Origin: Solirubrobacterales bacterium | GTDB taxonomy: Bacteria; Actinomycetota; Thermoleophilia; Solirubrobacterales; JACPNS01 | Direction of reading: 5' to 3' | DNA length: 58,758 nucleotides | Assembly: GCA_049608465.1 (NCBI GenBank) | Contig: JBMYXO010000003.1 | Span: forward strand, 1 to 58,758 | Shown here: positions 49,009-58,535 of the stretch, piece by piece | How positions within the stretch are numbered: position 1 is the stretch's first letter | How the letters are laid out: each line of letters begins with the position of its first letter | Notes under the pieces: model-generated | Databases searched by the model: none | The model's input: only the letters and a program-made list of their open reading frames with translations | What the model was told of the DNA's origin: nothing | Translations under genes and position numbers: made by a program

Positions 49009-49053
49009 AGCGTTTTCTTCGGTGCGCTCAACCGCGCCCAGAAGGATTCTCGA

Positions 49054-49770
49054 CTACACGGTACCGGCGGCTGAGCCGGCCGTGCAGATGCAATCTTCGC
49101 TGCAGGCGACAGGGCGATCGGCCCAGACGCCCGTCGAGGCCTCGTACTCGTGGAGCACGGTCGAATCGATTCGACCTGACGCCTGCAGGATCTGCAACGC
49201 TGCTGCCGCTTGATGCGCAGCGACTACGCCCGCCGCCGATGGATCAGCAGGCGATGGATCAGCAGGCGTCGCGTCCTCGCCATTCGACGCTGTCGCCTCG
49301 GGTTCTGACTCGTCGACGAACCCTCGTAGACAGCTCTTGGCGACGACCGGCTTCCACCATCCGCCGTCCGGTGTGGCGGCGCCACTGACCAGGCTCACTT
49401 CTTCGCGCAGGCAGGCGTCGTTGACCAATAAACGGGAAGCATCAGTGCCGGTGCAGTCGATCACGACATCGGCGTCCTTGACGATCAATTCGGCGTTCTT
49501 TTCGTCGAGAAATGCCGGAAACGGCTCGGCGTGGACGTCGGCATCGATCAGGCCGAGTTTCACGGCGAGACCATCGGCCTTACCGTCGCCCAGGTCCGGG
49601 CGAAAGACCAGTGGGCCGGCGCGTAGGTCGTGCTCCTCGACGAACGCTCCGTCGATCAAGCCGATGCGGCCGACGCCCGCTGCCGCGAGATACGCAGCCG
49701 CAACAGTGCCACGGGCGCCAAGACCGATCACCAGCGCGTGTTTGTGTCGAAGTTCGACCTGGTCGCTCAC
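49054..49770 (-). CDS. Divergent ThiF/MoeB (E1-like) Rossmann protein with degenerate active-site motifs
   Basis: Contains [39 protein letters not shown]...[22 protein letters not shown]. Its GTG start overlaps the cysK TGA as GTGA (49767-49770). Confidence 0.65.
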   Translation of the reverse strand: MSDQVELRHKHALVIGLGARGTVAAAYLAAAGVGRIGLIDGAFVEEHDLRAGPLVFRPDLGDGKADGLAVKLGLIDADVHAEPFPAFLDEKNAELIVKDADVVIDCTGTDASRLLVNDACLREEVSLVSGAATPDGGWWKPVVAKSCLRGFVDESEPEATASNGEDATPADPSPADPSAAGVVAAHQAAAALQILQASGRIDSTVLHEYEASTGVWADRPVACSEDCICTAGSAAGTV

Positions 49771-50693
49771 GGAGTGAAGAACGGCGTCGACACGTAGCGC
49801 TCGCCGGTGTCGGGAATCACCGTGACGATCAGTTTGCCCTTTGACTCTGGGCGGGCTGCGACGTCGAGGGCGGCGCGAACCGCAGCGCCGCCGGAGATTC
49901 CGCAACTTATCCCTTCGAGTCGGGAAACGCTTCGTGCGGTTTCGACCGCATCTTCGTCGTCGACGGCCGTGATCTCGTCGAGCACCGCGCGATTGAGCAC
50001 CGGAGGAACGAACCCGGCGCCGATTCCCTGGATCCGATGAATTCCCACCTTGCCCCCGGAAAGCACTGGCGAAGCTGCCGGCTCGACTGCCACCACCTTG
50101 ACGCCCGCTTTTCGTTCTTTCAGTCGTTCGCCCACTCCGGTGATCGTCCCACCGGTGCCTACGCCCGCCACGAACACGTCGACTTTGCCGTCGGTGTCTG
50201 CCCAGATCTCCTCCGCAGTAGTTCGACGGTGGACGTCTGGATTGGCCGGATTGGAAAACTGGTCGGGCAAAAAGTACTCAGGGCCGCGTCCCAACTTTCG
50301 CGCCGCGTCGACGGCTTCACCCATGCCGCCCATCGACGCGACGATCTCGACTTTCGCGCCGTAGAGCTTGAGCAACCCCTGTCGCTCACGACTCATTCCC
50401 TCTGGCAGGGTCAAGATCAGGTCGTAGCCCTTCGCCGCTGCAACGAACGCGAGTGCGATGCCGGTATTTCCGCTTGTAGCTTCGACGATCGTGGTTTTTC
50501 CGGCTTCGATCTCGCCCGACCGCTCGGCTGCTTCGATCATCGAAACGCCGATTCGATCCTTGACGCTGCCGGCCGGGTTGAAGGATTCGAGTTTTGCGGC
50601 GACGGTTCCGGGCAGATCAGCAGAAAGCCGCTTCAGCTCGACCAGCGGCGTACCGCCCATCAAGTCGATGATGTCGCGAGTGATGGCAGGCAT
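49767..50693 (-). CDS. cysK: Cysteine synthase A (O-acetylserine sulfhydrylase)
   Basis: PLP-lysine context [11 protein letters not shown] and GTGGTITG loop. 308 aa. Confidence 0.93.
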   Translation of the reverse strand: MPAITRDIIDLMGGTPLVELKRLSADLPGTVAAKLESFNPAGSVKDRIGVSMIEAAERSGEIEAGKTTIVEATSGNTGIALAFVAAAKGYDLILTLPEGMSRERQGLLKLYGAKVEIVASMGGMGEAVDAARKLGRGPEYFLPDQFSNPANPDVHRRTTAEEIWADTDGKVDVFVAGVGTGGTITGVGERLKERKAGVKVVAVEPAASPVLSGGKVGIHRIQGIGAGFVPPVLNRAVLDEITAVDDEDAVETARSVSRLEGISCGISGGAAVRAALDVAARPESKGKLIVTVIPDTGERYVSTPFFTP

Positions 50694-51091
50694 CAGATGT
50701 AGTACATCGCTCCGCCGGATTCTGCGGTCTCGGCGGCGGCAAGCGTTGCGAGGTCGCGGTCGGCGAGTTGATCGCGCAACGCACCGACGATTTCCCCCCA
50801 GGGTGCGATTGCGAGCTGATCCTCGCTGATCTGACCGTCCAAGGTTTGGACCACCTCAAGAGCATTGATGTTCGCAGCCGGACGGGCAAGCAGATAGCCG
50901 CCCTTGACGCCGCGTCGACTGGTCACGATGTTGGCACGCCTGAGCGAACCGAACAACTGCTCAAGAAACTGGGCCGGAAGGTCTCGACGGCGCGCGATCT
51001 CGCTGACCGGAATCGGATCGCCACCTTCGTGATGCGCGAGCTCAACCAGCGCCGACAGCGCGTACACGGATTTGGACGTAATCGAGATCAT
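50693..51091 (-). CDS. Rrf2-family transcriptional regulator (CymR/IscR-like)
   Basis: N-terminal wHTH ([16 protein letters not shown]...[20 protein letters not shown]). Its stop overlaps the cysK ATG by 1 nt. Start at the ATG at 51091, with a TTG at 51109 as alternative. Confidence 0.85.
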   Translation of the reverse strand: MISITSKSVYALSALVELAHHEGGDPIPVSEIARRRDLPAQFLEQLFGSLRRANIVTSRRGVKGGYLLARPAANINALEVVQTLDGQISEDQLAIAPWGEIVGALRDQLADRDLATLAAAETAESGGAMYYI

Positions 51092-51235
51092 CTGAGGCCT
51101 TGTGATCAAGCTTACATATGCGAGCGGAGAATCCTGATCAGAGTTCCGGGTATGTAGCGCGGGTCACTTCTACCGCTTCTTGATCACGCGTATGTGAGAG
51201 GACCTCGAACTCGAAGTCGTTTCGCCAGGTCGCGA

Positions 51236-52384
51236 CTACAGCCAGCCGTTCTCGGCCGCATTCAGCACGGCCTGCGCGCGGTCTTTCACACCCAACTTGC
51301 CGTAGATGTTGTGCAGGTGGGTGCGCACGGTGCTGGTCGAGAGGTGAAGGTTCTTTGCAATCTCCTCGTAGACGTTGCCCTCGGCAAGCTGACGCAGAAC
51401 GTCGCTCTCGCGCGGTGACAACGGACTTGGCGAGGTCGGGCGCTTGCGGTCGCCGTTGCCGGACATCGGCACTTCGTAGAGGATCGAACGCAGTTGGCGA
51501 ACGGTGAGGCGCACGTTGCGTGATGCCTTGAGTAGTTCGTCCGGAGAGACGTCGCCGCCCTCGGCGTAGTGCGCGAGCATGTCAGCGAGCCGAATGATTG
51601 CGGCTTCGCCACCCTCGTCATCGCCGTGATGGCGCTCGATCGCTGCGGCCATGCTGTTGGGCAGACCCCAGCGACGCGCGAGCACTCCGCCGACCAGGGC
51701 GTGGTCAACGCCGAGCTCGCGACGCTCGCGAAGCAGACGCTCCTGCGGTGTGCGCGCCGAACCATGTACCTGCTGCGGGTAGCCGTCATATGCATAAGTA
51801 AGAACGAGCTTGCCGATGTCGTGCAGCAAAGCGGTCACCAGCAAAGCGTCGACGTCGCCGTCCCAGTTGATCTCATGTGCGATTCGCTCGGCTGCCTGTT
51901 GCGTGGCAATTGCATGCAGTCGAAAACGGTCGGGGGTGGAATCCCACTGCGCGGTGCGTTCGAAGAAGTCGAAGGTCTTGGTGCGTGTGACGATCGCTTC
52001 GACGCCTCCAGGCGTCAACACCTCGACCGCTTCGCGTACGGTGACGACTTTGCGGCGGCCACCAGATGCCTTGTTTGCATAACGGATCACGGTGATCACG
52101 AGTGCGACATCTCGTTCGATCGCTTCGACGAGGTCGGTCGTGGCCTTCTCGTTTCCGTTGGTCACTAGATGGAGAACGCGGTCACGCGACTCCGCGAGGG
52201 CCGGAAAGCGCTCGAGTGCCTCAAAGGCGGCGGTCAGGCGATGGCCGTGGCCCTGCTGACGCTGTCCTTGGGCTCCGATACGCGGCGGCGTCTCGTTGGA
52301 AGTTGCCTTGCTACGAGGTTCACTCGCCGGGTCGCTCTCGGTGAGTGCGCTTGCCGCAGCTTGCTGCTTTGCGTTGCGTGCCAT
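51236..52384 (-). CDS. HDOD-domain protein fused to a C-terminal LuxR-type HTH
   Basis: HDOD-like core (VIRYANKA..., ALLHDIGKLVL, ERHHGDDEG). C-terminal LSPRESDVLRQLAEGNVYEEIAKNLHLSTSTVRTHLHNIYGKLGV. Confidence 0.75.
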   Translation of the reverse strand: MARNAKQQAAASALTESDPASEPRSKATSNETPPRIGAQGQRQQGHGHRLTAAFEALERFPALAESRDRVLHLVTNGNEKATTDLVEAIERDVALVITVIRYANKASGGRRKVVTVREAVEVLTPGGVEAIVTRTKTFDFFERTAQWDSTPDRFRLHAIATQQAAERIAHEINWDGDVDALLVTALLHDIGKLVLTYAYDGYPQQVHGSARTPQERLLRERRELGVDHALVGGVLARRWGLPNSMAAAIERHHGDDEGGEAAIIRLADMLAHYAEGGDVSPDELLKASRNVRLTVRQLRSILYEVPMSGNGDRKRPTSPSPLSPRESDVLRQLAEGNVYEEIAKNLHLSTSTVRTHLHNIYGKLGVKDRAQAVLNAAENGWL

Positions 52385-52628
52385 TGTCTGTTTTCTCCAG
52401 CTTTCGACTTCCGTGCCTTAAGCGTTGGTAAAGGATTGGCCCAACTGCGAGCCTGACCAAATATCGGCAGCATCGTCGATTTGTTTAGTGGAGTTGCCGA
52501 CCTGGGGTCTGGACCCCATGCCTGTCTGAGTATCCCAAAAACGGGTGGCCCCGGGGTCTAGCCCTGATGTCCAGTGGGATTGCGCGTGAGATTCGTCGTC
52601 CGTTCCGGCTCCGTCGTCCGGGTGACGG

Positions 52629-53903
52629 TCAATTTTCAGAAAGCGCGGAATCGATTCGTGCGAGCGATTCGGCTTGACCGAGCAGCTCCAGTGACTCGAA
52701 GATTCCGGGCGAAATGGTCGTTCCGCTGATCGCTACGCGAATCGGCTGAAAGACCTTGTTCGGCTTGACGTCGAGCTTCGCGACGACATCGCGGAGCGCC
52801 GCTTCGACCGACGGTGTGTCGAAGGGATCGGCGCTTGCGAGTGCGTCGCGTGACATCTGCAGTCGGTTGCGTCCTTCTTCGTCGAGAAATTTCTCGCGGG
52901 CCTTTGGATCGTCCGATGGACCGTCGAAGAAAAAACCCGCGAGTGGCCAAAAATCGGCCAGCGTCTGGATCTTTTCGCGACAGAGTTCGACGGCTCCGGC
53001 GAGTCCTTCGCGACCGGTGAACTGCTCGAGTCGTTTGGTCAGATCGGCCGGTGAGAGTTCGCGTAGGTATGTGCCGTTCATCCAACGGAGCTTCTGTTCG
53101 TCGAAGACTGCTGAGCTTTTCGAGACGCGTTCCAGCGAAAAGAGATCTTTGAGCTCTGCGGTGGTGAACAAAGTCTGTTTGTCGTCGTAGCCCCAACCCA
53201 GCAACGCGAGGTAGTTGCGGACGGCCTCCGGTACGTAGCCGGCTTCTCTGAGCTCCTGGACCGACGCCGCACCGTGTCGCTTCGAGAGCTTTTTGCCGTC
53301 TGGGCCGTGCAGCAAGGGCAGGTGTGCGTAGACGGGTGGTTCGTGCCCGAGAGCGTTGAGAATCATCACTTGTCGCGGGGTGTTCGACAGGTGGTCCTCG
53401 CCCCGCACGACATGGGTGACGCCGCTGTCGAGGTCGTCGACGGCGACCGCGAGGTTGTAGAGCGGGGAGCCGTCGGAGCGGGCGATCGTGAAGTCGTCGA
53501 TGTTCTCGTGTTGGAAGGTGACGTCGCCGCGAATGACGTCTCGCACGGTGGTACTGCCTTCGTCGGGCACCTTCAGCCGAGTCGAGCCCTCGAACTCGTA
53601 GGCGTGCTCGCTTTCGAGCAACTGCGCAATCACCTCGCGATGGCGGCCATCAGCCGCCGCTTGCGAAATCGGGCCTTCGTCCCAGTCGATCTCCAGCCAC
53701 TCGAGCGCGTCGAGGATCTGGTCCACGTTCTCCTTGGTCGAACGAGCGCGGTCGGTGTCCTCGATGCGGAGGAGCATCTTTCCGCCGGCTCCGCGCGCGA
53801 CGAGCCAGTTGTAGAGCGCGGTTCGTGCGCCACCGATGTGGAGTTGACCGGTCGGCGACGGCGCAAAGCGATCAACGAGCGAGGTGTTGGTGGGCGTGGT
53901 CAT
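52629..53903 (-). CDS. gltX: Glutamyl-tRNA synthetase (compact form, 424 aa)
   Basis: Contains PSPTGQLHIGGARTA (HIGH) and KLSKR (KMSKS). Start at the ATG at 53903, with TAGGAT 8 nt upstream. Confidence 0.9.
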   Translation of the reverse strand: MTTPTNTSLVDRFAPSPTGQLHIGGARTALYNWLVARGAGGKMLLRIEDTDRARSTKENVDQILDALEWLEIDWDEGPISQAAADGRHREVIAQLLESEHAYEFEGSTRLKVPDEGSTTVRDVIRGDVTFQHENIDDFTIARSDGSPLYNLAVAVDDLDSGVTHVVRGEDHLSNTPRQVMILNALGHEPPVYAHLPLLHGPDGKKLSKRHGAASVQELREAGYVPEAVRNYLALLGWGYDDKQTLFTTAELKDLFSLERVSKSSAVFDEQKLRWMNGTYLRELSPADLTKRLEQFTGREGLAGAVELCREKIQTLADFWPLAGFFFDGPSDDPKAREKFLDEEGRNRLQMSRDALASADPFDTPSVEAALRDVVAKLDVKPNKVFQPIRVAISGTTISPGIFESLELLGQAESLARIDSALSEN

Positions 53904-53965
53904 CGGCGGCAATCCTACGCAATCGCGCAGGCGCAAGCCGTGGTGGTGATCTAACCTTCACGCCG

Positions 53966-54826
53966 ATGTTGATCGGTGCACACGTTTCCACTTCAGGCGG
54001 TCTGCCCAAGGCAGTCGAACGCGGTGTCGAGACCGGGTCCACGGCGATCCAGATCTTCAATCAAAGTCCGCGCATGTGGCGGCCGACGAAGTACACCGAC
54101 GACGATTTCGCGGCGTTTCGCGCCGCCATGGCGGACTCGCCGATCGAGTCGGTCGTGATTCACGCGATATATCTGATCAACCCGGGCACGTTCGACGACG
54201 AACTGCACGAGAAGTCATTGACCGCCCTAAGTCACGCGTTGCGCGTGGGCGACGGCATCGGCGCGACCGGAGTGGTCTTGCACCCCGGTCCAGTGATGAA
54301 GGGTCAGGAGTACGGCCCGACGGTGGCAAACATCGCGAAGACGTGTGAGCAGGCCTTGGCCGAGACCGATGAATGCAAGCTTTTGCTCGAGAACGCCGCC
54401 GGAGCAAACGCCGTCGGTGCGAAGTTCGAGCACCTTGCCGAGCTGATCGAACTGCTGGGCGGCGACGAACGTGTGGGAATCTGCATCGACTCGTGCCATT
54501 CACACGCGGCGGGCTACGACGTACGGTCGACCGAGGCGGTGACCGAGACGGTCGACGACCTGGACAGAATCGTCGGCCTGGACCGACTGCACGCGATCCA
54601 TTTGAACGACTCGCGCGATGAATTCGGCTCGCACCGAGACCGCCACGAAAACCTAGGCGAGGGTTTCATCGGCAAGGACGGCATCGCCGCATTCCTGTCG
54701 GAACCACGTTTCGAGGAGCTCCCCGTCCTTCTGGAGATCCCGGGCAAAGAGAAGGACGGTCCGGGAGCGGCAGACGTCAAGACCGCCTGGAAACTACGCG
54801 AGCAGGGCCAAAAAGCGCGAGCCTGA
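53966..54826 (+). CDS. nfo: Endonuclease IV
   Basis: AP endonuclease family 2 (MLIGAHVSTSGG, VLHPG, HLNDS). Start at the ATG at 53966. Confidence 0.9.
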   Translation: MLIGAHVSTSGGLPKAVERGVETGSTAIQIFNQSPRMWRPTKYTDDDFAAFRAAMADSPIESVVIHAIYLINPGTFDDELHEKSLTALSHALRVGDGIGATGVVLHPGPVMKGQEYGPTVANIAKTCEQALAETDECKLLLENAAGANAVGAKFEHLAELIELLGGDERVGICIDSCHSHAAGYDVRSTEAVTETVDDLDRIVGLDRLHAIHLNDSRDEFGSHRDRHENLGEGFIGKDGIAAFLSEPRFEELPVLLEIPGKEKDGPGAADVKTAWKLREQGQKARA

Positions 54827-54840
54827 TCCGGAGTGGAACG

Positions 54841-57800
54841 TCAAGCGGAGACGGCTACTCCAGAAATGTCTTCCAGCTCGGCGACCAGGGCGGTGCTTCG
54901 AGAAACGCCGTAGACGTCGCCGCATTCGAGCGCCACTTCATCTTCACCGGTACGTACAACGATTTCCAGCGGCAGCGGGCCTTTGTGCAGGCCCACGACG
55001 CCGTGGATCTCGCGGACGAACGCTTCAACTGAGGGGTGCTCGGCGGTGTCGGCGTCAATCACGACGCGAATTGGGTCGCCGCCGAAAGGGCTACCGGCGG
55101 CTGCGGCGAGTTCCTCCTCCGTTGGCTCGAAGGGTTCGACCTCTTGGGCGACGAGCTTGGTCTCGCCTCCGCCCTTGTGGTCGATTCGGCCACGCACGGT
55201 GACGACCTTGTCGTTTGCCAGGTGCTCCTTGACGGCGTCAAGAGTTTTTGCGAAGACGATGATTTCGACCTGCGCCGTCAGGTCGTCGAGCTTGGCGAAC
55301 ATCATTTGGCTGCCGTTCTTGGTGCGGATCGTCTTCGATTCGACGATCATGCCACCGGCCGTCGCCCACTCGCCGTCTGATTTTCCAAGCAGGTCGGAGA
55401 CCGTGCAATCGACCTTCGCCCTCAGCGCTCCGGCGACTGCCTTCAACGGGTGGTTTGACAAAAACAGACCGAGCGTTTCTTTCTCGGCGGCAAGCATCTC
55501 CGGCTGCTCCCACTCGTCCACGGGAATCGGCGGTCGCGCGATCTTGTGCTCGGTGGCAGCCGCGACATCACCCATGTCAAAGATCGACCCCTGACCCATG
55601 CGCGCATCGTTCTGTTGCTTCACGCCAGCGGCCTGTGCGGCCTCCAGGACTTCGAGCATCCCCTTGCGGGTGGCACCGGTGGACTCGAACGCTCCGCACT
55701 TGATCAGGGACTCGATCGACTTCTTGTTGACAGAGCGATTGTCGACGCGTTCACAGAAATCCCAAATCGAATCGAACGGTCCAGCCTGCTCGCGCGCGTC
55801 GATGATTGCGTCCACGGCAGACCCGCCGACCCCCTTCACAGCCTCGAGGCCGAAGCGAATGTTGCCCTCGACGACGTTGAAGCGATGGCCGGACTCGTTG
55901 ACGTCCGGTGGCAGCACCTTGATGCCCATTGCCTCGCACTGCGCTACGAAAAATGGAACCTTGTCCTTCGTGCTCATGACCGAACTGATCAACGCTGCCA
56001 TGTATTCGGCCGGGTAGTTTGCCTTCAGCCAAGCAGTGCGGTATGCGATCAATCCGTAACAAGCAGCGTGTGACTTGTTGAAGGAGTAGTCGGCGGCATC
56101 CTCATTCATCTTCCAGAGCGCGTCGATCACGCTCTGCTGGGTGCCGGAGGCCAGGCAACCTTCGACAAACTCTTGCTTGAGGCCCGCCATTTTTTCGCGG
56201 TCCTTCTTGCCGATCGCTTTGCGCAGGTCGTCGGCACGCGGCCCGGAAAATCCACCGATCTCCTTGGCGACCTGCATGTTCTGCTCCTGATAGAGCACGA
56301 CGCCGTAAGACGTCTCTGTGATCGCACGCAGACGCTCGTCGATGTACTTGATGTTGTCGGGGTTGCGCTTTCCGCGGGCATACGCCGGGATGTGGCTCAT
56401 GGCACCCGGGCGATAGAGCGCGACGAGCGCGATCAGGTCCTCGAACTCGGTCGGGCGAACTTTCTTCAACGCTTCGCGCATGCCCTCGGATTCGAACTGG
56501 AAAACGCCGATCGAATCGCCGCGGGCGAGCATTTCGAAGGTCTTTTCGTCGTCGAGCGGCAAATTGACCATGTCCGGCCGCTCGCGACCGGATCGCTCGA
56601 TCACGTCGAGCGCCTCCTCGATCACATCGAGGTTGCGCAGGCCAAGAAAATCCATCTTCAACAGTCCGAGCGCCTCGACCGGGCCCATCGCATACTGAGT
56701 GATGACCTTGTAGACCTTCTCGGTTTCCGTTGCCGAACGATCCTCGGCGAGTTGCAACGGAACGATGTCGGAAAGCGGCTGATCGGCGATCACCACGGCG
56801 GCGGCGTGGATCGAGCTGTTGCGCACAGTGTTTTCGAGCCCCTTTGCGAGATCGACGACCTGCCTGCTGACGTCGTCGTTCTCGTAGACCTCCATGAGCG
56901 GCTGTCCGGGCTTGAGGCAGTCGTCGAAGCTCGGGCTTCTGCCCTGTTCGGGTTCGGGGATCAATTTGGCGAGGCGGTCGCCAGTCGCGTAGTCGTGACC
57001 GAGCACGCGCGCGGCGTCGCGTACGGCGGCGCGCGGGAACATTCGACCGAAGGTGATGATTCGCGCGACGGATTCCTTGCCGTATTTGTCGGAGACGTAG
57101 CGGATCACCTGTTCGCGGCCGTGGACCGAGAAGTCGATGTCGATGTCCGGCATGCTCACCCGCTCGGCGTTGAGGAAGCGCTCGAACAGGAGGTTGTAGG
57201 CGAGCGGGTCGACGTCGGTGATGCTGAGCACGTACGAGACGATCGAGCCGGCGGCGCTGCCACGGCCAGGACCGACCGCGATGCCGTTGTCCTTGGCGTA
57301 CTTGACGAAATCCCAGACGATCAGGAAGTAGCTATTGAAGCCCATGTTGTCGATCACCGAGAGCTCCATCTCGAGGCGTTCGCGGGCCGCCGCAGGCACC
57401 GGATCGCCATAGCGCGCGATCAGTCCGGCCTCGGCGATTGCGCGTAGGTACTCGCCGTCGCTCTCACCGCTAGGCGTCTTGAACTTCGGGATCAGGCGTT
57501 TGCCGAGCTCGATTTCCACGTTCACGCGGTCGGCGATTTCGATCGTCGATTCGACCGCTCCCGGCCATGCGGCGAAATCGCTGTTCATCTCGTCGTTGCT
57601 CTTGAGGTAGAACTCGTTGGTGTCGAAGGTCATCTTCGGCTCGGCGAGTGTGCTCTTGGTCTGAACGCAGAGCAGCGCGGCGTGCGCGTGGTAGTCCTCG
57701 CGGCCGAGGTAGTGGACGTCGGCGGTGCCGACGAGCGGGCGGTTGAATTCCTTGGCCAACTGCGCGATCTGCGGGTTCGCGCGGTTCTGATCGTCGATCT

Positions 57801-58386
57801 TGTTTTCCTGAACCTCGAAGTAGACGTCCTCCGGGCCAAAGACCTGAATGAGTTGGTCGGCATGCTCACGCGCTTCGGCGACGTTGTTGTCGTTGATCCT
57901 GCGGACGAAACGCGATGCCAGGCAGCCGGTCATCGCAATGATGCCCTCGTTGTACTTGTCGAGCAGCTCCATGTCGACGTTGGCCTTGCCGCGGTGGTAG
58001 CCGTCGAGGAAGCCGGCGCTGCAGAGCTTCACGAGGTTGCGGAATCCGACGTCGTTCTCGGCCAGCAGAGTCAGATGGTTGCGCTCGCGCTTGGCGGTGT
58101 CCTTCTTGCGGTGGTCGTCGACGTAGTAGACCTCGCAGCCGAAGACGGGCTTGACGTTTTCCTTCCTGCAGGCCTCGTAGAGCTCGATCGACCCGTTCAT
58201 CACGCCGTGGTCGGTCAGACCGAGCGCGGGCTGGTCGAAGGACGCGGCGCGTTTGGCGAGGTCCTTGATGTGCGCAGCACCGTCGAGCAGCGAATACTCG
58301 GAATGCACGTGCAGGTGCGCGACCGGCGCGGAAGTTGTCCCATTCGAACTCACGCGACTGATGGTAAGTCGCCGACAGGCGTCCAT
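54841..58386 (-). CDS. dnaE: DNA polymerase III alpha subunit
   Basis: PHP domain HLHVHSEYSLLDGA, polymerase core and OB fold. The start is uncertain. One option is the ATG at 58386, with GAGG 3 nt upstream. The other is the GTG at 58353, preceded by TACCAT plus 7 nt in the leaderless pattern. Confidence 0.93.
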   Translation of the reverse strand: MDACRRLTISRVSSNGTTSAPVAHLHVHSEYSLLDGAAHIKDLAKRAASFDQPALGLTDHGVMNGSIELYEACRKENVKPVFGCEVYYVDDHRKKDTAKRERNHLTLLAENDVGFRNLVKLCSAGFLDGYHRGKANVDMELLDKYNEGIIAMTGCLASRFVRRINDNNVAEAREHADQLIQVFGPEDVYFEVQENKIDDQNRANPQIAQLAKEFNRPLVGTADVHYLGREDYHAHAALLCVQTKSTLAEPKMTFDTNEFYLKSNDEMNSDFAAWPGAVESTIEIADRVNVEIELGKRLIPKFKTPSGESDGEYLRAIAEAGLIARYGDPVPAAARERLEMELSVIDNMGFNSYFLIVWDFVKYAKDNGIAVGPGRGSAAGSIVSYVLSITDVDPLAYNLLFERFLNAERVSMPDIDIDFSVHGREQVIRYVSDKYGKESVARIITFGRMFPRAAVRDAARVLGHDYATGDRLAKLIPEPEQGRSPSFDDCLKPGQPLMEVYENDDVSRQVVDLAKGLENTVRNSSIHAAAVVIADQPLSDIVPLQLAEDRSATETEKVYKVITQYAMGPVEALGLLKMDFLGLRNLDVIEEALDVIERSGRERPDMVNLPLDDEKTFEMLARGDSIGVFQFESEGMREALKKVRPTEFEDLIALVALYRPGAMSHIPAYARGKRNPDNIKYIDERLRAITETSYGVVLYQEQNMQVAKEIGGFSGPRADDLRKAIGKKDREKMAGLKQEFVEGCLASGTQQSVIDALWKMNEDAADYSFNKSHAACYGLIAYRTAWLKANYPAEYMAALISSVMSTKDKVPFFVAQCEAMGIKVLPPDVNESGHRFNVVEGNIRFGLEAVKGVGGSAVDAIIDAREQAGPFDSIWDFCERVDNRSVNKKSIESLIKCGAFESTGATRKGMLEVLEAAQAAGVKQQNDARMGQGSIFDMGDVAAATEHKIARPPIPVDEWEQPEMLAAEKETLGLFLSNHPLKAVAGALRAKVDCTVSDLLGKSDGEWATAGGMIVESKTIRTKNGSQMMFAKLDDLTAQVEIIVFAKTLDAVKEHLANDKVVTVRGRIDHKGGGETKLVAQEVEPFEPTEEELAAAAGSPFGGDPIRVVIDADTAEHPSVEAFVREIHGVVGLHKGPLPLEIVVRTGEDEVALECGDVYGVSRSTALVAELEDISGVAVSA

Positions 58387-58419
58387 ATTCCTCGCAGAAC
58401 GCCAACGATTGGCCTTATC

Positions 58420-58523
58420 TCGCAAATTGCGACCAACCTGTGGCACCTGGTGCCACAGGTTGTATGGAATTTGCGTGGGAGGGCTCACACCTGGTGTGAG
58501 GCCTTGGTCGGAGTTTGCGTGGT
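58420..58523. repeat. Compound palindromic element upstream of dnaE (copies B1 and B2)
   Basis: TCGCAAATTGCGA lies at 58420-58432. A perfect 29-nt palindrome CAACCTGTGGCACC-T-GGTGCCACAGGTTG lies at 58434-58462. A copy-A-like hairpin CTCACACC-T-GGTGTGAG lies at 58484-58500. Direct repeats GGA[A/G]TTTGCGTGG lie at 58466-58478 and 58510-58522. Confidence 0.7.
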
Positions 58524-58535
58524 TTGCGGGTGTGG

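Noticed and set aside
51100-51190. Three TGATCA hexamers spaced ~40 nt apart upstream of the Rrf2 gene, as a possible operator array
   Set aside because: A 6-nt self-complementary motif is too short to be meaningful on its own, and no extended palindrome surrounds any copy.
52385-52628. 244-nt gap downstream of gltX, checked for the tRNA-Gln/tRNA-Glu genes often found there and for an sRNA
   Set aside because: There is no T-loop (GGTTCGAATCC-like) or cloverleaf on either strand. The region has small hairpins (GGGGTC-TG-GACCCC at 52504-52517), a 9-nt direct repeat CGTCGTCCG x2 (52596-52604 and 52612-52620) and a weak CGGG-GCCA-CCCG+UUUUU terminator candidate near 52540-52555. That is not enough to call a feature.
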